Shown piece after piece: positions 31,440 to 42,459 of a stretch of DNA of 64,000 bases. The position numbers and the translations under genes were made by a program. The stretch is taken from assembly GCA_963850305.1 (NCBI GenBank), contig CAWKKR010000008.1, forward strand, positions 736,001 to 800,000, in the 5' to 3' direction. Every line of letters begins with the position of its first letter. Position 1 is the stretch's first letter. A model generated the notes under the pieces. That model did no database searches, had not been told where the DNA came from, and saw nothing but the letters and a program-made list of their open reading frames with translations. The DNA is from an uncultured delta proteobacterium (GTDB lineage: Bacteria; Myxococcota_A; Polyangia; Polyangiales; Polyangiaceae).

Positions 31440-32519
31440 ATGCGCCGCCTTCCGATTTTCCTCGCCGCGATCGGCCTCGTTCCGCTCGGCACCGCGGTGG
31501 CGTTCGCCCTGTCCGAGCGACGGCACCATGAGTCCGTCCCCCCGGCGTCGTCCGGGACGCGCCACTTCGATCGTCGGTTCGACGTCTCCGCGTTCCTGAA
31601 GGGGAATCTCCACACTCACACGAACCATAGCGACGGCGACTCCTCGCCGGAGGAGGTCGCGCTCTGGTACAGGAAGCACGGGTACGCGTTCCTCGCACTG
31701 ACGGATCACAATCGGCTCACGGACACCAAGCGGCTGGCCTGGCTTCAGGACGACACCTTCCGCCTCATCCCGGGCGAGGAAATCACGATGCGCGGGAACG
31801 GACGGCAAGTCCACGTGAACGCCCTCTGCGTGAACCAGCGGATCAGCGGGGGTACGTTCGTCTCGGCGGCGGAGGCTCTGGCGTGGGCTACCCGTCAAAC
31901 ACTGCTTCAAGGCGGCGTCGCCGTCGTCAACCACCCCAACTTCGATCGGGCGCTGGCCGCGTCGGACCTGCCCGCCGCCGACGGCGCGGCGCTGCTCGAG
32001 ATCATGAGCGGGCACCCTTACGTCTACTGGCGCGGGACGAGCACGCGTCCGTCCGAGGAAGCCCTTTGGGACACCGCGCTCACCTCCGGACAGCGATTCA
32101 TGGGCGTCGCCGTGGACGACATGCATCACCTCCGCGTGACCGCCGATCCACCGGCATATGCCGGGCGAGGCTGGGTTCAGATCTTCGCGACTCACAACGA
32201 TCCCGGTACTGTCTGTGATGCCTTACGGCGCGGCGCGCTCTATTCTTCCGACGGCGTGTCGCTTCGGCGTATCCGGATCACCCGCAACACCTACAGCGTG
32301 TGGCCCGCAACGTCCAACGTGGTCGTCAGTTTCATCGGCGCGCACGGAAAGATCCTGAGTCGCTCCGCGAACGTCGCGGCGGGGGAACCGGCCACCTACG
32401 CGCTGGAGGGGGACGAGTCCTACGTAAGGGCCCGTGTCACCGCGCCGGACGGGACGCAGGCCTGGACCCCCGCCGTGTTCGTCGCGCCGGAGCTGCCGAC
32501 GGCGGTCGCGAACCTCTGA
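31440..32519 (+). CDS. Secreted PHP-like metallohydrolase
   Basis: KGNLHTHTNHSDG, LTDHN, GEEIT, NHPNF, DDMH, YVRARV. Confidence 0.82.
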   Translation: MRRLPIFLAAIGLVPLGTAVAFALSERRHHESVPPASSGTRHFDRRFDVSAFLKGNLHTHTNHSDGDSSPEEVALWYRKHGYAFLALTDHNRLTDTKRLAWLQDDTFRLIPGEEITMRGNGRQVHVNALCVNQRISGGTFVSAAEALAWATRQTLLQGGVAVVNHPNFDRALAASDLPAADGAALLEIMSGHPYVYWRGTSTRPSEEALWDTALTSGQRFMGVAVDDMHHLRVTADPPAYAGRGWVQIFATHNDPGTVCDALRRGALYSSDGVSLRRIRITRNTYSVWPATSNVVVSFIGAHGKILSRSANVAAGEPATYALEGDESYVRARVTAPDGTQAWTPAVFVAPELPTAVANL

Positions 32520-32606
32520 GCAGCGCTCCTGGAATTCAGTGACTCGACGGCCGACGGGCCCCTTCTCGGTCAGGACGGGACCGGTGTCGCGTGGAACGCG
32601 AAGAGT

Positions 32607-32912
32607 CTCGGCGAGGATGCGTCCGTCCTCGGCCAGGATGCGTCCGTCCTCGGCGAGGATGCGTCCATCCTCGGCGAGGATGCGTCCGTCCTCGGCCAGG
32701 ATGCGTCCGTCCTCGGCGAGGATGCGTCCGTCCTCGGCGAGGATGCGTCCGTCCTCGGCGAGGATGCGTCCGTCCTCGGCCAGGATGCGTTCGTCCTCGG
32801 CCAGAATGCGTTCGTCCTCGGCCAGGATGCGTTCGTCCTCGGCCAGGATGCGTCCGTCCTCGGCCAGGATGCGTCCGTCCTCGGCGAGATCATGCACGTC
32901 CTCGGCGAGATC
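32607..32912. repeat. 21-bp tandem repeat, 13 copies plus degenerate ends
   Basis: Unit CTCGGC(G/C)AGGATGCGT(C/T)CGTC; internal palindrome TCCTCG-G-CGAGGA. Confidence 0.95.
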
Positions 32913-33025
32913 AGTGCCTCCCTCGCCCTCGGATCTGAGCGACCGGGTGCCTGGGTGACGGAATAGACCGGGACCCTTGGTTACAGGTCCGGCTCTGTTC
33001 AATCACAGATTCGGTGCTGTGGGGA

Positions 33026-34486
33026 CGTAAACCGGGTGCCTCTAAGACACAGACCGGGAAGCGCAACGACACGGACCGATCGCGAAGAGACAAAGCCTCA
33101 GCGAGCGAAGACGCTATCCGGGCGCAATCCGGGTTCGGGCTGACGGAGCCGGAGGCGACGGAAGCGCAGTCCGGGAGCGAGAGACGGACGCGGTAGATGG
33201 AGGGGGGCGGCTGAGCTCTGGGCTACGGCCGCTCGAGTCGCAGCTCGCCGTTGCGCAGGAGAACATGACCGAGGAGCACCGGGCCGTAGTGAAGGTCCCA
33301 CTCTTCCTCGTCGACCCGCTGAAGACCGAGCGGCTGATCGGTGAAGAGTGTGCTGACGGTCAGCTGCTTGCCCTTGAACTTCAGAACCCCGCTTGTGTTA
33401 ACTCGCCGCACGTCGAAATCGTCGCCGTAAGCGGGAGCTCGCAAACGCTCCGGCATGGGACGCAGCGACGGCTCGTAGTGTCGCGCAGGCGGCGTGAGGC
33501 CGAGCGCTTCGTGCGGACGATGGTCGTTGTAGTCGGCGCGAAAGCAATCGAAGGCGCGTTGCTGATCAATCGGCGTTGCAGCCGGTGGATTGGCGGTCTG
33601 CTCCTTGAGCGTCTTGTGCATGCGCTCGTGACGACCATTCTGTTGCGGTTGCCCTGGCTCGATGCGCTCGGGCACGATGCCGAGCTGAATCCACCACATG
33701 CTGAGGCGGGAAAGTCCGCCTAAAGCCTTGCTGGCGAACGGCGACCCGTTGTCCGAGCGAATGCGACGGGGCACTCCGAACTCGCGGAACGCGAGCTCGA
33801 ACTGCTCACGCACCGGTCCTTCTTTCTCACCGGGTAGCCCCTCGCATTTGACGAGGTACCGGCTCATCGCGTCGGTGATGGTCAACGGGTGGCAGCGGGT
33901 GCCATCGCCGCAAGCGAAGTGCCCCTTGAAGTCCGTGCACCAGACGTCGTTGGGCAGCTCGGCGTGGGCCAAGGGCTCCGTGCTCGGCGGAACACGAAGC
34001 CGCGAGCGGCGCGGACGCACGAGCCCGTAGCGATCCAGAATCTCACCGATCGTGCTCGCTGCGGGGAGAGCGAAGTCAGCACCATCGATGTCTCGGAGCC
34101 GGACGCGCAGCTTCTTGGGACCGTCGAATGGAAACCGCTTCCGCAGCGTGATGATCCGGTCGACCACGTCATCCGGCGTGCGGTGCGGGCAGCTCTTCGC
34201 GACCGACCTTTGGTCCTCGAGCCCCGCCGGGCCTAGCCGCTCGTACCGCTCCAGCCATTTGTAGCCCTTCGCCCGGCTGATGCCGAAGCTGGCGCACAGG
34301 CGGGTGAAGTTTCCCCTCGGGTCCTCCGCGACAGCCGCGATGAATCGAACTCGCTCGTCCACAATCCGGGCTTCCTTCCACGGCATGGCGGCAATTAGCC
34401 GTCAGCCCGCCGTCAGGCAGACCCGTCACCCAAAAAGTGTCACCCAGGGACCCGGTCTAAAGTGTCACCAGAGCACCCGGTTTGCA
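33026..34486 (-). mobile_element. IS481-family insertion sequence (ends approximate)
   Basis: Imperfect inverted ends CGTAAACCGGGTGC and TGCAAACCGGGTGC with repeated ACCGGG...GACAC subterminal motifs around a DDE transposase; no clear target duplication. Confidence 0.7.
33223..34386 (-). CDS. IS481-family transposase (rve integrase core)
   Basis: MPWKE...FGISRAKGYKWLERY HTH; WCTDFKG, IRSDNGSPF, PQQNGRHERMHKTLK, YNDHRPHEAL. Confidence 0.93.
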   Translation of the reverse strand: MPWKEARIVDERVRFIAAVAEDPRGNFTRLCASFGISRAKGYKWLERYERLGPAGLEDQRSVAKSCPHRTPDDVVDRIITLRKRFPFDGPKKLRVRLRDIDGADFALPAASTIGEILDRYGLVRPRRSRLRVPPSTEPLAHAELPNDVWCTDFKGHFACGDGTRCHPLTITDAMSRYLVKCEGLPGEKEGPVREQFELAFREFGVPRRIRSDNGSPFASKALGGLSRLSMWWIQLGIVPERIEPGQPQQNGRHERMHKTLKEQTANPPAATPIDQQRAFDCFRADYNDHRPHEALGLTPPARHYEPSLRPMPERLRAPAYGDDFDVRRVNTSGVLKFKGKQLTVSTLFTDQPLGLQRVDEEEWDLHYGPVLLGHVLLRNGELRLERP

Positions 34487-34511
34487 CCGACCGAGCCATC
34501 ATTCAAAAGTG

Positions 34512-36219
34512 TCACTGAAGGACGCGGTCGACCTTCAGCTCGACGGCGCCCCCTCCCACGTACTTGTCGCGACCGAGCTCGCCGAGGGCAGTGACGGGCG
34601 CGTTGCTTCCGAGGCTCTTCGCGAGACTTCCGAGCGTGGCGCCGAAGCAGCGCAGCCGATTGCCCCCGTCGATCTGGAGCTCGAGCTTCAGGTGGCCGCC
34701 GCGAACTTCACGCGCGACGAGCACGCGACCCTCCACGACGAGGCGCGGCGCGGGGTTGCCCTGGCCGCAAGGTTCGAGTCGCTCGATGTCGAGCACGACG
34801 TTCCGCGGCTCGTCGTCGGGGACCAGGCGGACGGCGTCCCGCGGATCATCTACCGAAAGGGGCGGACCTTGTGCCTCGATCGCGCGTTCGAAGGCCGAAC
34901 GCAGCTCGGCGAGGCGTTCGACGCGAACCTCGAGACCGGCGGCGGCCTGGTGACCGCCGAAGCGATCGAGCACGGGCCCGATGCTCGCGAGCGCGTCGTG
35001 AAGGCGCGCGCCTTTCGGACCGCGGACGGAGCCGCGACCCGCGCCCCGGTCGAACCCGACGACCACGACGGGTCGCGCGTAACGGTCCGAGAGACGACCC
35101 GCGACGATGCCGACGATGCCGGAGCTCCACCCCTCGCGGCCGACGACGATCGCCGGCCGCTCCGCGAAACCGTCGCGCTCGATTTCGTCGATCGCTTCGG
35201 CCGTCATGGCCTCTTGAAGCGCACGTCGTTCGACCGACAGGGCCTCGACGCGCGCGGCAATGTCCCGAGCGCCGGCGTCCGAGCGGGCCAGCAGCAACTC
35301 GAGCGCGAGATCCGGGGGCCCGAGCCGGCCCGGCGCGTTGAGCCTCGGCGCGAACCGAAACGCAACGTCCCGCGCGACGATCGGCGAAGAGCCGTCGAGC
35401 TGCACGAATTCGGCCAGCGCGCGGAGACCGGGGCGTGCCGAGGGCGCGCCGAGCGCCGCGAGACCGGCGCGAACGAGGGCGCGATTGTCGCCGTCGAGCG
35501 GCGCGACGTCCGCGATCGTTCCGATGGCGACGAGGTCGAGCCACTGTCTCGAAATCGAGATTTTTGCCGAGCGCGGTCCGGAGCGCGGCGGCGAGACTCA
35601 GCGCGAGTCCGCACGAGGCCAGCCCCTTGTACGCGAAGCCGCAGTCCGGGCGATGCGGATTCAGAAACGCGACGGCGGGCAGCGGCTCATCCGGGACCAG
35701 GTGATGATCGATGACGACCGTATCGAGACCGCGCTCCTTCAGGACAGCCAGCGACGGATGGTCGGACGAACCGCAGTCGCACGTGACCAGGACGCTCGCG
35801 CCGCTCGCGAGGATCCGGTCGCATGCAGCGGCGGAGACGCCGTAACCGCCGTCGAAGCGACTGGCGAGCAACGGCGTGACCTCGCCTCCGAGCGCCCGGA
35901 GCACCTCCGTCATTATGGCCGTGCTGGTGATGCCGTCGCAGTCGTAGTCCCCGAATACGGCGATGCGCTCGCCGGAGCGAATGGCCCGCGCGAGGCGCTC
36001 CGCGGCGATGCTTCGATCGGCCATGGCGTCGGGCGCCGACAGATGCGACAGCTTCGGGTCGAGGTAGCGACGCGTGGCATCCGAACCATCGTAGCCGCGG
36101 CGATGGAGCCACGCGGCAATGGTCGTGGTCAGGTTGAGGGATCGCCCGAGCGTACGCGCCTCGGAGCTGGCGGGCTCGGGTAACGCAGATCGAGAGAACG
36201 CGACGGTCGGGGCCACCAT
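34512..36219 (-). CDS. recJ: Single-stranded DNA exonuclease RecJ (apparent +1 frameshift near 35551)
   Basis: GDYDCDG, TCDCG, IDHH, LNP; after the shift, LDLVAIGTIADVAPL, APRLNAPGRL, GSVR, FGGHQAAAG, LEPCGQGNP. Confidence 0.9.
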
Positions 36220-36270
36220 GATGGACTCATCGAGCTAATGCTCGGACGAGTTTCCGGTGTCAATCGCGCT

Positions 36271-37503
36271 TCAGACGACCGATTCTTCCTTCTTCCGTGC
36301 CCGGGGGCGGTTGTCGCGGACACCGCGGCCACCTTTGGTCGCGAAGAAACGGCGATCCAGCCACCAGGTGATCGGGAGCGCGACGTACACCGAGGAGTAC
36401 GTGCCGAAGACGACGCCGACGATGAGGGCGAGAGCGAAATCCTTCAACGGGCCGGTGCCCCAGATGAAGAAGGCCAGGAGGCTCATGACGACGGTCGAGC
36501 TGGTGAGGATGGTCCTCCCGAGCATCTCGGAGATGCTCGTGTCGATGATCGATTCGAAGGTCGCGCCGCGCATGACCCCGAAATTCTCTCGCACGCGGTC
36601 GTACACGATGACGGTGTCGTTCACGCTGTAGCCGACGACGGTCAGGATGGCGGCGACCGTCGTCAGGTTCACCTCGCGATGGAACGCGATGAGAATGCCG
36701 AGCGTCCCGAGCGCGTCGTGCGCGAGCGAGATGACCGCGCCTGGTGCAAACCTGAGATCGAACCGGAACGCGATGTAGACCATGATGAAGACCAGCGCGA
36801 TCGCGATGCTCTTCAGCGCCGAATCGCGAAGCTGTGCCCCCGCCTTCGGACCGATCCACTCGACGCGAAGGGCCGTGTCGGGCACGCGGTCCGATCCGAG
36901 CCTCGTCCGCAGCCCGTCCAGGAGCTGGTCGCCCTTGCTCTTGAGCTGGATCTCGACGCGATTGTCGTGGGCGTTCTGGACCGTCGGATTGTTCTCTCCC
37001 TCGCGGAGAACGACGCCGGGCACCGTCGCCATGCGCTTTTTCACCCAGGCGAGGTCCGGGGTCGAACGGAACCTCAGGGCGATCTTGTCGCCGCCGGGAC
37101 TCACCTTGAGCTCCGTCGCGCGCCTGTCGTCGGGGCACGTCGCTGCCGGAGCGTCGTCACCGACGCACAGAGCGCGCGCGAGCTCGAGCTGCTTCGCCGG
37201 ACCGATCGTGGACACTTCCTGGACGCGGATCAGATAGCGGTTCTTCGCGGAGTTCTCCGCGACGCGGATCACCTCCGGCGCGGAAAAGCCGGATGCCTTC
37301 ACCGCGTCGCGGATCTCCTTCGGCCCCGTCTCCTTCTTGAACTCGACCTCGATCTCCGTGCCTCCCTTGAAGTCGGTGCCGAGGTCCGGCCCTGGCTAGA
37401 CGATGAGCACGGCGGCGGTCAGCGTCATCAGCATGCTGATGACCGCGAACATCCGTCGCTGCCCCATGAAGTCGAAGACGCGGCCAACCGGGAAAATCTG
37501 CAT
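36271..37503 (-). CDS. secF: Protein translocase subunit SecF (in-frame TAG at 37396-37398)
   Basis: MQIFPVGRVFDFMG...VLIV*PGPDLGTDFKGGT all in one frame; IGPKAGAQL, GYSVNDTVIVYDRVRE, GTYSS. Confidence 0.9.
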
Positions 37504-37506
37504 GGC

Positions 37507-39613
37507 TCAGCCCATGTCCAGTTTTGCGTTGCGGTCGATGTTGCGGACCCAGAAGTCGAACACCACCCGCGTGACCAGCACGCCGGTGAAGATGCTCGCG
37601 ATGACGCCGACGATGAGCGTCACCGCGAAGCCCTTGACCGGCCCGGTGCCGAACTGCGCGAGCACGATGCCGGAGATGAACGTCGTGACGTGGCCGTCGA
37701 TGATCGCGGACAGCGCGCGCGCATAGCCGATCTCGACCGCCGTGCGCGGACTCTTGCCGGCGCGGAGCTCATCGCGGATGCGCTCGTTGATGAGCACGTT
37801 CGCGTCGACGCTCATGCCGATGGTGAGCGCGAGGCCCGGCGATGCCGGGCAGGGTCATGGACGCATCGAACGACGCGAGCACCGCGAGCTGCAGGAACAG
37901 GTTCAGCGCGACGGCGAAGTCCGCGACGATGCCTGCACGATGGTAGTAGAGAATCATGAACGCGAGCACGAGCACGCTGCCGGCGAGCGCGCCCTGGATC
38001 GCGAGCCGGATCGCGTCGCGACCGAGCGAAGGCCCGATGTGCTGCTCGTTCGACGGCGTGATCGGCGCGGGCAGCGCGCCGGAGCGCAGCACGAGCTCGA
38101 GCTTCTTCGCTTCTTGCAGCTGCATCTCCGGGTCGCTCGCGCCCATGGTGATCGTCGCGTGACCGCCCGGAATACGCGTCTGGATGACCGGGGCGCTCTC
38201 GACTCGCTTGTCGAGGATGATCGCGAAGCGGCGCTTGATGTTCTCGCCCGTGATGCGCTCGAAGATCCGCCCACCCTGGTCGGTGAAGGTGAGCGCGACG
38301 TGCCACTGGCCGAATCCGCCGCGACTCTGGTCGGGCTGCGCGGAGGCGTCGCGGATCATGTCGCCGGTGATCTCCGCGCGGCTCTTGAGGAAGAACGTGC
38401 GCCAGCCGGCCTCCGTCTGCTTGAGCGTCACCGGATTGGTGTCGTAGACGAGCTCGTACCCGATCTCGCGATCCTGGGGGACGTCCAGCGTCGCGATCCA
38501 CTCCTTGAGGCGAGCCAGGGCTTGCTGGCTCGTCTCCTTGTCCCCGCGCTTGATGAACGCGTAGGTGTCCGTCTTCGATTTCGTTTCGCCGGAGTCGTCC
38601 TGTCCGACGGGGACGCTCTCGCGCTCGAACTTGAGACCCTCCGGGAGGCTTTCGGGCGCCGTATTCTTCGCGATGGGGCCGAAGAAATCCGTGTCGTCGT
38701 CGAGCAGCTTGAACTCCAGCCGCGCGGTCTGACTGATGATGTCGCGGATGTTCCGGAAGCTCGCCTCGTTCTCGCCGGGGACCTCGATGATGATGTCTTC
38801 GTCGCGGGTGGATACGCTGGCCTCGCGGAGGCCCATCTCGTCGATGCGGCGGTGAACGATGTCCTTCGCCTGACCGACCGCGCGCTCCCGGATCTGACTC
38901 TCGACGCCGTCCTTGATCCGGAACTCGAACGTGCGTCCGTCGGAGCTCCGGGAGAACGCGAGGTCGCCGCGAAACTGATCGAGGAAACGGGTGTCGATCT
39001 TCGACGAATCCGCGGCATCCGCGAGCGTGAGGGTGATGCGCGACACGTCGTTCCGCGGAGCGACGACCGTGACCTTGGCTCGGAGCTTTGCGTATTCCGC
39101 GTCCGTCGGCCGGCTATCGCCGGAATGGAAGCCGAAGATCTTCGCGAGCTCGACCTGCATGTCTTCGTAGTACCGGTCACGCTTGTCGCGGATCGCCTCA
39201 CCCACGTCGACCGTGTAGACGAGGCGCATGCCGCCGCGGAGATCGAGACCCGCAACGAGGCGGAACGCGACGCGCTGCTCGACCCAGCGAGGGCACGGGA
39301 TCTTCCCGTTCGTCATGACGTCGAGCGACGGCCACAGCGCAAGACACGCGAAGGCGCCGGCCGTCATCACGAGGCTGAAGCGCATCCGCCAGTTCAGATC
39401 CGCGAAGTGCAGGCCGCCGACGAAGCCCCAGAGCGACGCCACGGCGAACGACGCCATCGTCCAGAACGAGTCGTAGTGAGCGCCCAGGGCCGCCGCCGCC
39501 GCGCAGCCCGCGCCGAGCCAGAACGCGAGGCGGCGCGTTCTGTCCGCGTAGCCCCAAGCGAGCAGGATCGCCGAAAAGCCGGCGAGGATGTACTGAAGGA
39601 CGATACTGACCAC
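37507..39613 (-). CDS. secD: Protein translocase subunit SecD (apparent +1 frameshift near 37836)
   Basis: GLDLRGG, RRIDEMG, LRSGALPAP, IGPSLG, TLPGIAG then LTIGMSVDANVLINERIRDE. Confidence 0.92.
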
Positions 39614-39634
39614 GGGAGTGCGCGACCCCGTCCC

Positions 39635-40054
39635 TTACGTCTTCTTCTCGGACGCGGGCTCGTCCTTTTTACCGTCGTCGGTGTCGCGGCCCGTGAGGCT
39701 CGTCCGGAGAATCTGGACCTTCACGCCCGGGGCAATCTCGAGCTTCGCGTACCGCGGCTCGATGTCGACCAGGCGCCCGACGAGCCCGCTCTGAGTGATC
39801 ACCCGATCGCCCTTCTTCAAGTCTGCAACCGCCGCATCCTGCTTTTTCTGCTGGGAACGGCTGGACCAGAAGATGAAGACGAGCATCCCGACCAGAAGGA
39901 GCGGAAACAGCATCCCGAAGGGACCCGCGCCAGGAGCAGGTGGCGGGTTGTCACCGGCGGGTGGGGATTTATCCGGGACCTGCGTCGTGATGGGAGTGCC
40001 CGCCCGACCGGGCGCGGGCGGTACGGCCTGAAATGCAAAAACCGCGAAATCCAA
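39635..40054 (-). CDS. yajC: Preprotein translocase subunit YajC
   Basis: GGAGG-TTG start, one TM helix, LKKGDRVITQSGLVG, LEIAPGVKV; upstream of secD. Confidence 0.88.
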   Translation of the reverse strand: MDFAVFAFQAVPPAPGRAGTPITTQVPDKSPPAGDNPPPAPGAGPFGMLFPLLLVGMLVFIFWSSRSQQKKQDAAVADLKKGDRVITQSGLVGRLVDIEPRYAKLEIAPGVKVQILRTSLTGRDTDDGKKDEPASEKKT

Positions 40055-40230
40055 GGCGCCTCCGAGGGGCGGGCTATTACCGGGTTTCCGGTGACCGCGC
40101 AAGCTGAGGCTCCGATGGAGCCGGTGGGCCCCCGCGAGACCGCTCGTCGATGGCTCCACCATCGCGCGGGTCGGATTGACAGGCAGGTAACCGGGAGGTA
40201 GACGGGTCGCCCTGTTTGTCGAATCGATTC

Positions 40231-40302
<72 letters not shown>

Positions 40303-40396
40303 CAAGAATGGCCTCCCTCGACATGCTTTTACGCGGTCTTTCTTCGTCGTCTGTACCGTACTGCCCGCGTTCCGACGTGTCCCGCATGTCGTTCCT

Positions 40397-42412
40397 TTGG
40401 CAATGAGCGGCGCGCTTCGGACGCCACGTGAGCTGCTGGCGGAGCGCCGTCAGCTCGACGACGCCGTGATTGCGGTGAAGACGGGCCAGGGGCTCGTGGA
40501 TCTGTTCACGCCGATCGATCCCGAGGCGCCCTTCGAAATCGTCCGCGACGGCGACGCAAACGCCCTCGAGATCGTCCGGCACTCGACGTCCCACGTCATG
40601 GCGCAGGCCGTGCAGCGCCTCTTCCCGGGTACCCAGGTGACGATCGGTCCCGCGATCGAGAACGGCTTTTACTACGACTTCGACAAGGCCGACGGCGCGT
40701 TCACCGATCAGGATCTCCTCAAGATCGAAAAGGAGATGAAGCGACTCATCGCGCTGAATCTGCCCTTTCACCGGAAGGTCGTGAGCCGCGACGAAGCCCG
40801 GCGGCTCTTCGACGGCATGGGCGAGAAGTACAAGCTCGAGCTCATCGACGCGATCCCCGAAGGGGAGGAGATCAGTCTCTACTGGCACGGTAAGGACGAC
40901 GAACCGACCACGCAGTGGACGGATCTCTGCAGCGGGCCTCACGTTCCCTCGACTAAGCACCTCGGCGTGGTGAAGCTCACGAGCGTCGCGGGCGCGTACT
41001 GGCGCGGCGACGAGCGGAACCCGATGCTCCAGCGCATCTACGGCACCGCTTTCACGACCCAGGCGGACCTCGACCTGCATCTGAAGATGCTCGAGGAGGC
41101 GCGAGCCCGGGATCACCGGAAGCTCGGCAAAGAGCTCGAGCTCTTCACGTTCCACGAGTGGGCGCCGGCGATGCCGTTCTTCTTGCCGCGCGGCGCGTTC
41201 GTCTACAACCAGCTCGTCGCGTTCACGCGGCAGCTCTACGCCGAATACGGGTACGAGGAGGTCATCAGCCCGCAGATCTTCGATCGCCGGCTGTTCGAGA
41301 CCAGCGGACATCTGCCGAACTACCGCGAGAACATGTATTTCCCGGCCACGCCGGATGATCTGGACGACCTGGGGTTCCTCGCGAATCCGTCCGAGGGGAT
41401 GAAGGCCGAAGATGTCCCGAAGGCGCGCGAGCTCTCGAGGAGTGCCGTCGCCAAGCTCGAATCCCTCGTCCAGAAGCCGATGAATTGCCCGGGGCACTGC
41501 TTGCTCTTCGGGCAGCGACGGCGGAGTTATCGCGAGCTTCCGTGGCGCGTCGCGGATTTCGGACGGCTTCACCGGTACGAGCGCGGCGGCGTCGTGCACG
41601 GCCTGACGCGCGTGCGCAGCTTCTCGCAGGACGACGCGCACATCTTCTGCACGCCCGAACAGGCGAAGGGAGAAATCGCGTCGTTCAACCGCTTGCTCTT
41701 CGACGTGTACGAGGCGTTCGGGTTCACGGACCTGTCGATCAAGCTCGCGCTCCGCCCCGAAAAGCGCATCGGGTCCGACGAGCAGTGGGACGTGGCGGAA
41801 AAGACGCTCGCCGACGTCCTGCGGGAATCGAATCTCGAGTTCGAGTCATTGCCGAACGAAGGCGCCATCTACGGTCCGAAGATCGAATTCCACGTGAAGG
41901 ATGCAATCCGGCGAAGCTGGCAGCTCGGTACCATCCAGCTCGACACCGCTCTGCCCGAGCGCTTCCGCCTGGAGTACGTGGGGCAAGACGGCGCGGCGCA
42001 CACCCCGGTGATGCTTCATCGTGCCATCCTGGGAAGTCTCGAGCGGTTCTTCGGAATTTACATCGAACACGTCGCAGGAAAGTTCCCGGTCTGGATTGCG
42101 CCGGAGCAGGCCGTGCTCGTGACGGTGAGCGAGAGGCAAACCGAGTACGCTCGCCGGATGCACGCAGACCTTCGAGCGCGCGGCCTACGCGTCACCATCG
42201 ACGACGGCGCCGACAAGCTCGGCGCGAAGATCCGAAACGCACGACTCTCGCGGGTGCCGTACATCGCCGTCATCGGCGAGAAAGAAGTCGAGGCGAACGC
42301 CGTGGCTCCGAAGACGAGCGATGGCACCGACCTCGGCACGATGCCGGTGAGCGTCTTCACGGAACGCCTTCTCGCCGAAGCGCGTCCACCCCGACTCAAG
42401 CATCCCCAATGA
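40397..42412 (+). CDS. thrS: Threonine--tRNA ligase
   Basis: RHSTSHVMAQAV, DLCSGPHV, RDHRKLG, KPMNCPGH, HRAILGSLERF. Confidence 0.96.
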   Translation: MAMSGALRTPRELLAERRQLDDAVIAVKTGQGLVDLFTPIDPEAPFEIVRDGDANALEIVRHSTSHVMAQAVQRLFPGTQVTIGPAIENGFYYDFDKADGAFTDQDLLKIEKEMKRLIALNLPFHRKVVSRDEARRLFDGMGEKYKLELIDAIPEGEEISLYWHGKDDEPTTQWTDLCSGPHVPSTKHLGVVKLTSVAGAYWRGDERNPMLQRIYGTAFTTQADLDLHLKMLEEARARDHRKLGKELELFTFHEWAPAMPFFLPRGAFVYNQLVAFTRQLYAEYGYEEVISPQIFDRRLFETSGHLPNYRENMYFPATPDDLDDLGFLANPSEGMKAEDVPKARELSRSAVAKLESLVQKPMNCPGHCLLFGQRRRSYRELPWRVADFGRLHRYERGGVVHGLTRVRSFSQDDAHIFCTPEQAKGEIASFNRLLFDVYEAFGFTDLSIKLALRPEKRIGSDEQWDVAEKTLADVLRESNLEFESLPNEGAIYGPKIEFHVKDAIRRSWQLGTIQLDTALPERFRLEYVGQDGAAHTPVMLHRAILGSLERFFGIYIEHVAGKFPVWIAPEQAVLVTVSERQTEYARRMHADLRARGLRVTIDDGADKLGAKIRNARLSRVPYIAVIGEKEVEANAVAPKTSDGTDLGTMPVSVFTERLLAEARPPRLKHPQ

Positions 42413-42459
42413 GCTGGGGCCGACTGCCCCGGAGAAAGAACAGGTAAGAGAGAGCACGC

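Noticed and set aside
32223..33002. 259-aa LAEDGRI heptad ORF and other ORFs across the 21-bp repeat
   Set aside because: The repeat is stop-free in several frames, and the ORF overlaps the hydrolase gene antisense and IS-end motifs; no independent coding evidence.
34512..39613. recJ, secF and secD as true pseudogenes or programmed frameshift sites
   Set aside because: Single lesions in otherwise conserved genes, with no slippery-site pattern; sequence error is more parsimonious.
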